Source of the DNA: an uncultured Verrucomicrobiales bacterium
GTDB lineage: Bacteria > Verrucomicrobiota > Verrucomicrobiia > Verrucomicrobiales > DEV007
Assembly (NCBI GenBank): GCA_938091905.1
Contig: CALKOM010000197.1
Coordinates: 1-11,909, forward strand
Reading direction: 5' to 3'
DNA: 11,909 nt
The position numbers and the translations under genes were made by a program. The notes beneath the pieces were generated by a model. It saw only the letters and a list, made by a program, of their open reading frames with translations, was not told where the DNA came from and did no database searches. This document shows, one piece after another, positions 1-8,840 of the stretch (position 1 is the stretch's first letter; the number at the start of each line of letters is the position of its first letter).

Positions 1-171
1 GAACTGCCGATCTCCCGTGCCGCGATGGTTGATCTGGAAGCTTTTCAGCGGGAGCCGGTGGACGGCTTCGATGATGAAGTAGACGAGATCGTCTTCAGGC
101 ACCCAATCTCGCATGTCCACGGGTAGTAGCATTGGGGTGTCACGGTCGACATCTACGAAGCGGGCGCTCAT
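1..171 (-). CDS. IS1182-family transposase, N-terminal 57 aa (continues beyond the left window edge)
   Basis: Manual translation from ATG at 171: MSARFVDVDRDTPMLLPVDMRDWVPEDDLVYFIIEAVHRLPLKSFQINHRGTGDRQF. It fits the recalled IS1182/DUF772 N-terminal pattern 'MLLPxDxRDWxPEDxLVxFI...RGTG'. Not in the ORF track. Confidence 0.88.
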   Translation of the reverse strand, partial: MSARFVDVDRDTPMLLPVDMRDWVPEDDLVYFIIEAVHRLPLKSFQINHRGTGDRQF

Positions 172-178
172 AGCTTAA

Positions 179-206
179 ATTCTAGCATCAACCGCAACTT
201 GGTAAA
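179..206 (-). promoter_or_regulatory. Putative sigma70 promoter of the IS1182 transposase
   Basis: The minus strand reads TTTACC-N16-TAGAAT with an extended -10 (TGcTAGAAT), ending 7 nt before the ATG. Confidence 0.5.
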
Positions 207-220
207 GTCCGACAGACTCC
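205..220. repeat. Putative left terminal inverted repeat of the IS1182 element
   Basis: AAGTCCGACAGACTCC lies at the IS/sulfatase boundary. The partner IR is outside the window and cannot be confirmed. Confidence 0.65.
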
Positions 221-221
221 T

Positions 222-449
222 GGCGGGGTTTTTGCGATTCGCGAGGGCAAGTGGAAACTTGTCCTGGGCAATGGCTCAGGCGGGCGAGAGACTCCGAAAG
301 GAAAGCCGTTTGAGAAGCCTTATTCCCTGTGGGATCTTGAGGGCGATGCATCCGAAGCGACGAACGTGATCGAGAAGTATCCTGACGTTGCTAAGCGATT
401 GGAGGAGGCCTGCTTGAAGATACGTGATGGCGGGCGCTCGCGGTCTTAA
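222..449 (+). pseudogene. Arylsulfatase (S1 sulfatase) C-terminal remnant, interrupted by IS1182
   Basis: Manual translation: GGVFAIREGKWKLVLGNGSGGRETPKGKPFEKPYSLWDLEGDASEATNVIEKYPDVAKRLEEACLKIRDGGRSRS*. It shows the typical sulfatase C-terminal motifs 'AIRxGxWKL' and 'LxDLxxDxxExxN'. There is no start codon, and the frame begins at the IS end. Confidence 0.85.
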
Positions 450-494
450 GGGGATCGCGCGAAGTCGCAGAGACGCGAAGGAGGGGAAAGTGTT

Positions 495-1733
495 TTAGTC
501 CTTCTTCTCAAGGCAATAGAGCTTCTCCACTCGGCGGTCGTCGTCTTCGTCGTGAGCGACTCTGACAAAGATCTGGCTATTGACGATTACAGGTGTCGCG
601 TAGATTTGATCGCCTAACTGATTCTCGGCGATGATCTCACCGCCCTTGTGAGTGGCTTTCACGACGTAGAAGTTGCCCATTTCGCTGGCGGCGTAGACGA
701 GGTCACCGACTGGAACCGGTGTTGCCGTGAAAGGCTGGCCCATGCGTTGGCGCCAGAGGCGTTCGCCCGTCGCGGAGTTCCAGCAGACGAGGACGCCGGC
801 ATCCATCATGCCATAGAGATAGCCATCGCGAATATACATGGACGGAACGTAGACGCGGCTCTTGTTTTCCCAGACGAGTTTGCCGGAGCCGTCTGCGGCA
901 ATGGCGGAGACATGGTTCTTTGGATAGCCGCCGCTGGTGTATACATGTTTGCCGTCGGTCACGGTGGAGGTGACGCATTCTGTAGTGGCTCCTTCGGTTT
1001 CCCAGTTCACGTTGCCGGTGAGGGGATCGTAGCTAACAATCTTCTCACAACCGGTGAGGACGAGCTGGTCTTTGCCCGCGGCAGTGAGAATGATAGGGGA
1101 GGGGTAGTTCGGCATCTTGGGCCTGTCTTGGCGCCAGACGATCTTGCCGTCCTTGCGATTGAGTCCACAGACGGCACCTCCTTTCTTGTTGTCTGCTGAG
1201 ACGATGACCAGATCCTCGTAGATGGCAGGTGAGGAGCCGTAGCCTTGATGGAGGGTGTAGTCCGTGATTTTCGTCTGCCAAAGTTGCTTGCCATCCATGT
1301 CGAGGGCTGTCGTGTAGACGGCTTTGTCATGGAGGAAGCTGATGAAGAGGCCCTTGCTATCGCACGCTACGCTTGAGGACGCGTTCGAGGCTTTCTTGTT
1401 CATCTTTTCTGGGAAGCCGCCTTCATGGATGGTCGTCTTCCAGACGGGCTTACCGGTTGCACGATCATAACAGAGCACCCACTGCTTCTGAATGTCGTCA
1501 TCGGCCGCAGCGAGGTAGACGCGGTCTCCGACGACGATGGGCGAGCCGTGCCCCCGACCAGGCACGTCGGCGACCCAACGCACGTTCTTTGTCTCGCTGA
1601 AGGTGATGGGAGGCTTCTGATCGGCGTCGGCGATGCCATCACGGTTGGGGCCGCGCCACCAGGGCCAATCTTTTGCGGAAAGTTCCGCTAGGGGAAAAGC
1701 GAGCAGAGTGGCAAGGATGAGAGCTGATTTCAT
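495..1733 (-). CDS. Secreted PQQ-binding-like beta-propeller repeat protein (BamB-like superfamily, PVC-expanded)
   Basis: 412 aa with a signal peptide, N-terminal 'DWPWWRGPNRDG', and repeated 'SSP/SPI' and 'D/NxxTGxxxW' blade motifs. Confidence 0.9.
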   Translation of the reverse strand: MKSALILATLLAFPLAELSAKDWPWWRGPNRDGIADADQKPPITFSETKNVRWVADVPGRGHGSPIVVGDRVYLAAADDDIQKQWVLCYDRATGKPVWKTTIHEGGFPEKMNKKASNASSSVACDSKGLFISFLHDKAVYTTALDMDGKQLWQTKITDYTLHQGYGSSPAIYEDLVIVSADNKKGGAVCGLNRKDGKIVWRQDRPKMPNYPSPIILTAAGKDQLVLTGCEKIVSYDPLTGNVNWETEGATTECVTSTVTDGKHVYTSGGYPKNHVSAIAADGSGKLVWENKSRVYVPSMYIRDGYLYGMMDAGVLVCWNSATGERLWRQRMGQPFTATPVPVGDLVYAASEMGNFYVVKATHKGGEIIAENQLGDQIYATPVIVNSQIFVRVAHDEDDDRRVEKLYCLEKKD

Positions 1734-1794
1734 GAATCTCGTTTAGAGGAACTTTGAGATGGTGTCGACTCTAGATCGAGTTTCGAGGAGGGCG

Positions 1795-3160
1795 CTATGA
1801 GCTGTTCTCGAATTTCCATTGATCGACATGGTCATCCGGGTAGCGCCAGCCCCAGTCACCTGGTTCGGAACGTTTGTCAGGCACGCCGCCGTCATCGGTC
1901 GCGTTCCAGCCGAGGCTGTAGGTAATGAAGCGTTCGCCATGAAGTCGATGCTGTAATGGTTTCCCGGTGATGTTGTCTTGTGGAATGGCATCGATATAAG
2001 TCGGCGTGAGCATCGCTTGCTGCTGAGGGTAGGCTCCCGTGCCTGAGCGGAACCGTTCCGTAGCGATGGCGATGCGCGCAAGGTCAACGTTGGTCTGTCG
2101 TTGATGAGCTAGGCGTGCGGTGGTTGTAAGGGATTCTAGGTGCGATGATAGTGCTTGCCTGCTGTGGAAATAAGCCATCCAGGATGGACCAATTTTAAAG
2201 AGTTTTCGGGTTTCGCCTTGGAGATTCGTCTTGATTGATGGCGTTCGGCAGGATCAGGGATGTCGGCTATCGAGAGGGCCTCTTGAGTGTTCTTGCTTAG
2301 CTGCAACTTGCTCCAGGGGCCTGTGAAGTCCTCGAGCCAAGGTCGAACCAGTCTTTTGAAATGTATCTGCTTTAGCATATCCTTATCAAAGGATCGAAGC
2401 GACAGTGCTCGACGATGACGTAACTCAGGTTTGAGGTTTCTCAGTGCATTGATAGGAGCGAGCAGTCGGTCAAACTGGGTCAGTTGGGATTCTGACCATC
2501 TTCGTTCGACGAGGCCTTCCCAGAGCAAGGCGACGATGTTCTCGGAGGCAATGGCCTTCTTCATCCACCGGGAATTCGAGTAGATGGTGGCGTTGGTCCG
2601 TGCAAGGTGCACGGCAGTCTTCGTATCGCCGACAGTGACATGAAATAGTCCTGCGGTTCGTAGGACTTTCCCCACGAGAAATGCATGGGACGATCGCCCT
2701 CCTTCATTTTCAACGGCTTGCTGGAGGCTGTGAAATTCGTTCGCCGGTAGACTAATAAAAGGCCTCCAGAACTCGGAGAGACTCTTCCCGAGAGCGATAG
2801 ACCCCTCGTGATCCCCTCGGCAAGAATACCTGATCATAAGGGTAGGTTTGGCCAGCTCGCCATCCCTTGTATTCTTTAGGCAGTTTCCAGAGGTGGTTGC
2901 TCTTGCTCAGAAGAAGCGCCTCAAGGCGGCTGGTGTCCTGGATAATGGAGTCAGAGGTCAAATCGGCCTTCTTCTCGTCATAATCTCTCCAGTCGATGGC
3001 CTCTCCTTGAATGGCCAGGAGGGCTTCGTGTGCTTGCCAGGCTCGGACGGCACGCCTGTGAGACCACCAGAGACCTAATGCTCTTGTCACAATGATGGTG
3101 AAGAGAACGAGGACTACCCCTGTCCACCCGGGGGCGATTCTGTTTTCTAATACTTGCGAT
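1795..3160 (-). pseudogene. Frameshifted membrane-anchored hypothetical protein with a pseudopilin/GspG-like C-terminal motif
   Basis: Three overlapping ORFs (2752-3090, 2136-2837, 1795-2178) change frame at each junction but read as one protein. It has an N-terminal hydrophobic helix (GVVLVLFTIIV) followed by 'RAWQAHEALLAIQGEAIDW', and a C-terminal 'DLARIAIATERFR..G.YP...L.P.YI..IP.D.ITG.PL...YSLGWNATDDGG...GDW.W.YP'. No ATG precedes the TM helix. The 5' boundary is approximate. Confidence 0.72.
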
Positions 3161-3290
3161 CGCTATCAGTGTATGGAGGGGCCGCGCTCTGACAAACTTC
3201 GTTCAATTGGAGAAGAAAGTCCTCGTCATCAGCTCTTCGATTCGCTATGTATTTCGCTTCACTAACCCCGCTTTACCACTAGCCCCACGA

Positions 3291-3815
3291 GTGAAGGAAT
3301 ACGCATACATCCACGAAGAAGGCAATTTGCCGCCAGTGCTGCAAGACTTGCCGATCATGAAGAACTTCGAAGAGAAGGATCTTAATTTGATCCTTTATTC
3401 GAGCTATTTTCTGGAGTGCGATCCGGGTGATTGCTTCATCGAGGAAGGGGCCACGGATTCGCGCATGTATGTGCTGCTAACTGGGACAATTCGGGTTGAG
3501 AAGGACGGGGAAGAAATTGCGCGCACCGATGTTCCTGGAGAGCTCTTTGGGGAGATTGCTGCATTCAATGAGGAAAGTCGTTCAGCCTCTGTGATCGCAG
3601 CGAGCCGAGCGCTTTTGTTGGTCATCGATCAGAAATTTCTTCAGGAGATCAAGCCAGTGCGCGAGAACGGGAGCTTTTACGCGGCTGTTTACGGTTTCTT
3701 GGCTAAGATTATGGCTGGCCGTTTGCAAGCAACCTCAGGGGAACTAGCCCGGGTGGAGAAGGAGTTGGAGGAGACGAAGGCGGCCCTTGCGAAGTATCGC
3801 GAGGGTGCGGCGTAG
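3291..3815 (+). CDS. Cyclic-nucleotide-binding domain protein (Crp-like cNMP domain, no HTH)
   Basis: 'FIEEGATDSRMYVLLTGTIRV...GELFGEIAAFNEESRSASV' is a cNMP phosphate-binding cassette (GE...RSA), followed by a C-terminal coiled coil. GTG at 3291 is preferred over TTG at 3207, but the start is uncertain. Confidence 0.85.
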   Translation: MKEYAYIHEEGNLPPVLQDLPIMKNFEEKDLNLILYSSYFLECDPGDCFIEEGATDSRMYVLLTGTIRVEKDGEEIARTDVPGELFGEIAAFNEESRSASVIAASRALLLVIDQKFLQEIKPVRENGSFYAAVYGFLAKIMAGRLQATSGELARVEKELEETKAALAKYREGAA

Positions 3816-3857
3816 AACGGGGCTTGCGAGGCCTTGCTGGCGACCGATAATACTGGG

Positions 3858-4820
3858 ATGAGACTGATCTTCCCCCTTGTGATTCTGCTCGCTGCGGCGA
3901 CGACCATCGTGCTGAAGGCTCAGGATGCTGCCGCAGAGACCACTGAAGTAGCTGCCGATGTGGACCAGCTGTGGCGAGAGGTGGAGTTGGCCATGCATCT
4001 TGTCGCCAATCCAATTGAGCAGCCGGAGTCTCGCGAAGAGGCCGTGGAGAGTTTTAAAACGGGGGTGACGGACTTCGATGATTGTTTGGAGGACTTCGAG
4101 AAGGCAGCACCCAAGGATGTTCGGAATTGGAGCGGTCGCTTGTTTGCAGCGCGGTTGGCCAACTCGCGTCCATTGGTTGGTCTACCGCCAGGTAAACCGA
4201 TGATGGAACTCCTTGAGGCCATTCTCGGGAGTGATGAGGCCCCAGCGCAGGTGAAGAGCGAGGCCAGTGCAGCCGCGCTCATTGAGTCTGCCAATGATGC
4301 GAAGGATTCGCCGGAATCTCGCAAAGAATGGATCGAGCGATTAGTCAAGCACGGGGATGCCTACCCCGAGGAGCCTCTCAATGATGAATTGCAGGCTACG
4401 GCCAATTTGATGAAGCCGCTAGACCTGAAGTTCAATGACCTCGGGGGGGAGCCTTTTGATCTCAAGGACCTTCGAGGGAAGGTGGTGCTCCTCGATTTCT
4501 GGGCGACTTGGTGTCAGCCCTGTGTGGAAGGATTGCCCAAACTGGTGGAAACTTACAAGGAGTTGAATCCGAAAGGATTCGAAATTGTGAGTATCTCGTT
4601 AGACCGAGAACGAGCGCAGGTGGAGGCGGTCATCAAGGAGCATGGCATCACTTGGGTGCAGCAATTTGAGGGCCGAAAAGAAGACCATCGACTTGCGCGT
4701 CGTTTTGGTATTGAGGCTGTCCCAGAGATGTGGCTGCTGGACAAGCAGGGAATGGTGGTGGACATGCATGGACGCCATGGGCTTGAGGCGAAGGTGAAAC
4801 AGCTGCTCGAAAACGATTAG
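3858..4820 (+). CDS. TlpA/ResA-like exported thiol-disulfide oxidoreductase (redoxin) with a helical N-terminal extension
   Basis: Signal peptide from ATG 3858 ([14 protein letters not shown]), '[16 protein letters not shown]' CxxC motif, and cis-Pro loop 'GIEAVP'. Confidence 0.9.
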   Translation: MRLIFPLVILLAAATTIVLKAQDAAAETTEVAADVDQLWREVELAMHLVANPIEQPESREEAVESFKTGVTDFDDCLEDFEKAAPKDVRNWSGRLFAARLANSRPLVGLPPGKPMMELLEAILGSDEAPAQVKSEASAAALIESANDAKDSPESRKEWIERLVKHGDAYPEEPLNDELQATANLMKPLDLKFNDLGGEPFDLKDLRGKVVLLDFWATWCQPCVEGLPKLVETYKELNPKGFEIVSISLDRERAQVEAVIKEHGITWVQQFEGRKEDHRLARRFGIEAVPEMWLLDKQGMVVDMHGRHGLEAKVKQLLEND

Positions 4821-4873
4821 CCAAACGTATCCTTGCCGAGAGAGAAGTCCCGAGTTTTGATTTTATTTCTGAC

Positions 4874-6097
4874 ATGAGTACGATTCCTTCCAACACTATA
4901 CCTGATGCGACTGGGCATTTCGGGCCCTATGGCGGCATGTTTGTTCCCGAGACGTTGATGGCGGCTCTGCATGATCTGACCGAACATTACGCTCAGGCCA
5001 AGGACGATCCGAGTTTCCAACAGGAGTTGGATTATTTGTTGCGGGAGTATGTTGGGCGTCCGACCCCGCTCTACTTTGCCGAGCGTTGGACGGAGAAACT
5101 CGGTGGGGCAAAGATCTACATGAAGCGAGAGGATCTCTTGCATACCGGCGCTCATAAAATCAACAATGCCATGGGCCAGATTTTGTTGGCCAAACGAATG
5201 GGAAAGAGCCGCATCATTGCAGAGACGGGAGCCGGTCAACATGGGGTAGCCACGGCTACGGTGGCGGCACGTTTTGGTTTCGAATGCATCATCTACATGG
5301 GGGCGGTGGACATGGAACGGCAAGCGCTCAACGTAGCACGCATGCGCTTTCTGGGCGCCAAGGTAGTGGCGGTGACGGCGGGGCAAGCGACGTTGAAGGA
5401 AGCGATCAATGAAGCGATGCGCGATTGGGTGAGTAACGTTAGAGAAACCCACTATATTCTTGGGTCAGCGCTAGGGTCACATCCTTACCCGATGATGGTG
5501 CGAGACTTTCACCGGATCATTGGCGTAGAAGCCCGTCGCCAGATCCTTGAAACGGAGGAGCGTCTACCGGATCTGTTAGTGGCTTGTGTCGGTGGTGGTA
5601 GCAATGCGATTGGTCTCTTTCATCCTTTCCTCGAAGACGAGGGCGTTCGGATGGTTGGCGTGGAAGCGGGCGGCGAACGGATCGAGACGGGCATGCATGC
5701 AGCGCGTTTCCAAGGTGGAAAATTAGGGGTACTCCAGGGAACGAAGACGTATCTACTGGCTGACGACGATGGCCAGATCCAACTGACGCATTCGGTGTCG
5801 GCGGGATTGGACTATGCGGCGATTGGGCCAGAACACGCGTTTTATCGTGATCAAGGGCGCACGGAGTACGCCTACGCCTTGGATGAAGAGGCGCTGGGCG
5901 CGTTCCAAGAGGTGTCCGAGGTGGAAGGTATTATCCCTGCGTTGGAGACAGCCCATGGTCTCGCTTATGTCTCCAAGGAGGCCCCAAAGATGGGGAAGGG
6001 AGACATCATTGTGGTTAATTGTTCTGGCCGAGGAGACAAGGATGTTGAGCAGGCAGCCAAGCACATCTTTGGGGACGATTCCCCGTTAGAGGCCTAA
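4874..6097 (+). CDS. trpB: Tryptophan synthase beta chain
   Basis: 407 aa with [23 protein letters not shown] (PLP lysine), [28 protein letters not shown] and SGRGDKD. Confidence 0.99.
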   Translation: MSTIPSNTIPDATGHFGPYGGMFVPETLMAALHDLTEHYAQAKDDPSFQQELDYLLREYVGRPTPLYFAERWTEKLGGAKIYMKREDLLHTGAHKINNAMGQILLAKRMGKSRIIAETGAGQHGVATATVAARFGFECIIYMGAVDMERQALNVARMRFLGAKVVAVTAGQATLKEAINEAMRDWVSNVRETHYILGSALGSHPYPMMVRDFHRIIGVEARRQILETEERLPDLLVACVGGGSNAIGLFHPFLEDEGVRMVGVEAGGERIETGMHAARFQGGKLGVLQGTKTYLLADDDGQIQLTHSVSAGLDYAAIGPEHAFYRDQGRTEYAYALDEEALGAFQEVSEVEGIIPALETAHGLAYVSKEAPKMGKGDIIVVNCSGRGDKDVEQAAKHIFGDDSPLEA

Positions 6098-6113
6098 CAT
6101 TTCGAGAAAAATC

Positions 6114-6142
6114 TTGAATCTTTTCGGGGCTGCCCCTACCAT
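6114..6142 (+). promoter_or_regulatory. Putative sigma70 promoter for the carboxypeptidase gene
   Basis: TTGAAT(6114-6119)-N17-TACCAT(6137-6142), ending 21 nt upstream of ATG 6164. Confidence 0.5.
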
Positions 6143-6163
6143 TCTAGGGTAGCAAAGTGGACT

Positions 6164-7105
6164 ATGCGCCAGATCATTCTTCTCGCCCTCAGCTTGCTCG
6201 TAGCGATCACCACGTGTGGAATCGCGATCGAGCCCGTGAATTCCTACGTGGTCGTGGAGCACTACACCGGGAAAATTCTTGCTCAGAAGAATGGGGAGCA
6301 GCAACTTCCGGTTGCTAGTCTAACTAAGGTGGCCACTGGCTGTGTGGTCTTGGATTGGGCCAAGGCGACAAAGACGAATCTGGGCCAGTTCATGGCTGTC
6401 CCACCGCATGCCCCTGCTGTCGGAGGTGCAAACCCTTTGAATTTACAGAATGGTGACCAGATGTCTCTGCGAGATGGCTTGTATGCCTCGTTGATGTCCT
6501 CGGACAATGTCGCTGCGGAATCACTGGCTTATTACGTGGGCATTGATTTGCTAAGGCGACGTGGAAAGCGTGGCGATCCTATGGCGGAATTTATTCGGGA
6601 GCTGAATGCTTTGGCGGGCAAGTTACGAATGACGAAGACAAAGTTTGTCAATGCCCACGGTCTTGATCACAACGTGAGGAAGCAACCATATTCCACTTCA
6701 AAGGATATGGCTCGGCTTGCTCGATATGCCATGGATAAAGGCGATTTCCGATTCTATGTTTCGCAGAAATCTCGTAAGGTGAAGGTTTCCCGCCTTGGGA
6801 AGGGTCGAGTCTTTGGTCTGAAAAACACAAACAAGTTGGTTGGCCAGTCAAGAATTGATGGCGTGAAGACGGGGCAGACCACCTATTCTGGGCCATGCCT
6901 CATCGTGTCGGCAACGAAACCGAATCAAGTTACAAAGCAAGCGGATGGAAGCAGTCGGGTTCAGAAGCGCCGCGTCACGGTCGTGGTGCTGGCTGCTCAA
7001 GATCGTTTCCGTACAGGCAAACAGCTTCTGGATTGGGGCTGGCGCGAGTATGACGGCTGGAACCGGGCTGGCCGCCCGATGAATGATAGAAACGGCGCAT
7101 TATAG
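6164..7105 (+). CDS. D-alanyl-D-alanine carboxypeptidase, peptidase S11 family (low-MW PBP)
   Basis: Signal peptide, SxxK (ASLTK), SxN (SDN), FVNAHGL and KTG (GVKTG) motifs. Confidence 0.93.
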   Translation: MRQIILLALSLLVAITTCGIAIEPVNSYVVVEHYTGKILAQKNGEQQLPVASLTKVATGCVVLDWAKATKTNLGQFMAVPPHAPAVGGANPLNLQNGDQMSLRDGLYASLMSSDNVAAESLAYYVGIDLLRRRGKRGDPMAEFIRELNALAGKLRMTKTKFVNAHGLDHNVRKQPYSTSKDMARLARYAMDKGDFRFYVSQKSRKVKVSRLGKGRVFGLKNTNKLVGQSRIDGVKTGQTTYSGPCLIVSATKPNQVTKQADGSSRVQKRRVTVVVLAAQDRFRTGKQLLDWGWREYDGWNRAGRPMNDRNGAL

Positions 7106-7166
7106 TAATTCGTAATTTCGATTGCGAAGCTGGGGAATGGCTTAGGGTGGAAGATACCACGAAGTC

Positions 7167-7646
7167 ATGAACCAACTCCTGGAACTCCTACAGAAGAACG
7201 CCCGTCAAACGGACGCAGAGATCGCTGAATTGTTAGGCCGCGAAACAGCGGATGTGACAACGGAGTTGGCGGCTCTCGAGAAGGATGGCACGATCATGGG
7301 CTACACGGCCATTCTAGATCAGGAACGTTATGCACCGAGCAAAACGACGGCTATGATTGAGGTGAGGCTGACGCCTGAGCGCGGCGGAGGCTTTGACCGG
7401 CTGGCGAATCGAATTGCTTCGTTTCCTCAAGTCAAGAGCTGCTTCCTTATGAGTGGCGCCTACGATCTGCTCGTGATCGTTGAAGGCGATGATATTCGCG
7501 AAATTGCTAGGTTTGTGACAGAGACGCTCTCCACCATGAATGGGATCCTATCCACAGCGACTCATTTCCAGCTGAAGACTTACAAAGCGAATGGGCTTCT
7601 TCAGTCTGTCCCCAGTGAACGCGAACGTCTACCGGTATCGCCTTAG
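7167..7646 (+). CDS. Lrp/AsnC-family transcriptional regulator (YugG-like)
   Basis: 159 aa with an N-terminal HTH (LLELLQKNARQTDAEIAELLG...LEKDGTIMGY) and a RAM domain 'LMSGAYDLLV'. Confidence 0.95.
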   Translation: MNQLLELLQKNARQTDAEIAELLGRETADVTTELAALEKDGTIMGYTAILDQERYAPSKTTAMIEVRLTPERGGGFDRLANRIASFPQVKSCFLMSGAYDLLVIVEGDDIREIARFVTETLSTMNGILSTATHFQLKTYKANGLLQSVPSERERLPVSP

Positions 7647-7661
7647 TAAGCTTTTGTGATA

Positions 7662-8840
7662 ATGAGTCTTGATCCCCAGCGTCATCTGGCCCAGCAGATC
7701 CAGAAGATCCCAAGGTCTGGAATCCGCGATTTCTTTGAGCTCGTTATTGGGCGTGACGACGTCATTTCGCTTGGCGTAGGTGAGCCCGATTTCTCCTCAC
7801 CTTGGCACATTCGAGAAGCAGCGATTTATTCGCTTGAGCGTGGTGAAACGAGCTATACCTCGAATTTAGGATTGCTCAGCCTTCGTGAAGCCATTGCTGG
7901 CTATGTGTCAGAAACGTTTGAATTACGTTATGATGCTCAGTCAGAGATCCTTATCACTGTTGGCGTGTCTGAGGCGATCGATCTCGCCTTCCGCGCGTTG
8001 CTTAATCCTGGTGATGAAGTGATCTATCACGAACCGTGCTACGTTTCCTATAATCCTAGCATCGCCTTGGCTTACGGTGTCCCCGTGGCTGTGGCTACAA
8101 AGCCGGAGAATGATTTCTCTCTCAAAGCGGCTGACGTGGCGGCAGCGATCACGCCGAAGACGCGTGCCCTCATGCTTAACTTTCCGACGAACCCGACGGG
8201 AGCGGTTATTGATCGTGCCGAGTTAGAGGCAATCGCAAAGCTCGCTGTGGAGCATGATATTGTGGTGCTGTCAGACGAGATTTACAGTGAGCTGCGCTAC
8301 GAAGGTACGGATCACACCTCGATCGCGACTTTCCCTGGCATGAAGGAGCGGACGATCTTTCTTCATGGATTCTCGAAGGCGTTCGCCATGACGGGGTTTC
8401 GTGTCGGCTACGCGTGTGCACCTCAGGCGCTGACGGAGGCCATGATGAAGATCCACCAATACTCCATGCTCTGCGCTCCAATTACGAGTCAAGTGGCGGC
8501 GGTTGAGGCTCTTCGCCATGGAGCCGGGCCAGCTGAAGAGATGCGGCAGGCGTATGCACATCGGCGCAATCTGTTGCTGTCTCGGTTTGCTGAGGCGGGG
8601 ATTCCATGTTTCGCCCCAGGTGGCGCTTTTTATGCCTTTCCTGATATCCGTGCGACTGGAATGACGAGCCAAGACTTTGCTAGGCAATTGCTCGATGAGG
8701 AATCTGTGGCTTGCGTTCCTGGTGACGCTTTTGGACCTTCGGGTGAAGGTTTCCTTCGCTGCTGTTATGCCGCGAGTACGGATTCGCTTCGAGAAGCCAT
8801 GACGCGCATTGGGCGATTTTATGAGAAACATGTCTCGTAG
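7662..8840 (+). CDS. PLP-dependent aminotransferase class I/II (YugH/AspB-like)
   Basis: Motifs SGIRDFF, SLGVGEPDF, NFPTNPTG, SDEIY and GFSKAFAMTGFRVGY (PLP Lys). It lies directly downstream of the Lrp gene, as in the yugG-yugH pair. The start is ATG 7662 or GTG 7656. Confidence 0.95.
   Translation: MSLDPQRHLAQQIQKIPRSGIRDFFELVIGRDDVISLGVGEPDFSSPWHIREAAIYSLERGETSYTSNLGLLSLREAIAGYVSETFELRYDAQSEILITVGVSEAIDLAFRALLNPGDEVIYHEPCYVSYNPSIALAYGVPVAVATKPENDFSLKAADVAAAITPKTRALMLNFPTNPTGAVIDRAELEAIAKLAVEHDIVVLSDEIYSELRYEGTDHTSIATFPGMKERTIFLHGFSKAFAMTGFRVGYACAPQALTEAMMKIHQYSMLCAPITSQVAAVEALRHGAGPAEEMRQAYAHRRNLLLSRFAEAGIPCFAPGGAFYAFPDIRATGMTSQDFARQLLDEESVACVPGDAFGPSGEGFLRCCYAASTDSLREAMTRIGRFYEKHVS

Larger units (their letters stand above)
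1..220 (-). mobile_element. IS1182-family insertion sequence, left end (partial)
   Basis: Transposase start plus terminal-IR-like AAGTCCGACAGACTC(C) at about 205-220, resembling the (CTAG)GAGTCTGTCGGACTT ends I recall for this group. Sulfatase coding sequence begins immediately after. Confidence 0.8.

Noticed and set aside
1764..1775. GTCGACTCTAGA (SalI-XbaI, as in the pUC polylinker)
   Set aside because: Only a 12-nt match, and the flanks do not continue the polylinker. It is probably chance.
4817..5452. 211-aa antisense ORF over trpB, and similar shadow ORFs (648-1199, 3920-4348, 8271-8870)
   Set aside because: They lie opposite well-supported genes and lack recognisable motifs, as expected for shadow frames in GC-rich coding DNA.
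6126..6136. GGGGCTGCCCC palindrome as a trpB terminator
   Set aside because: It has a 1-nt loop and no following U-tract, and it sits in the spacer of the putative downstream promoter.
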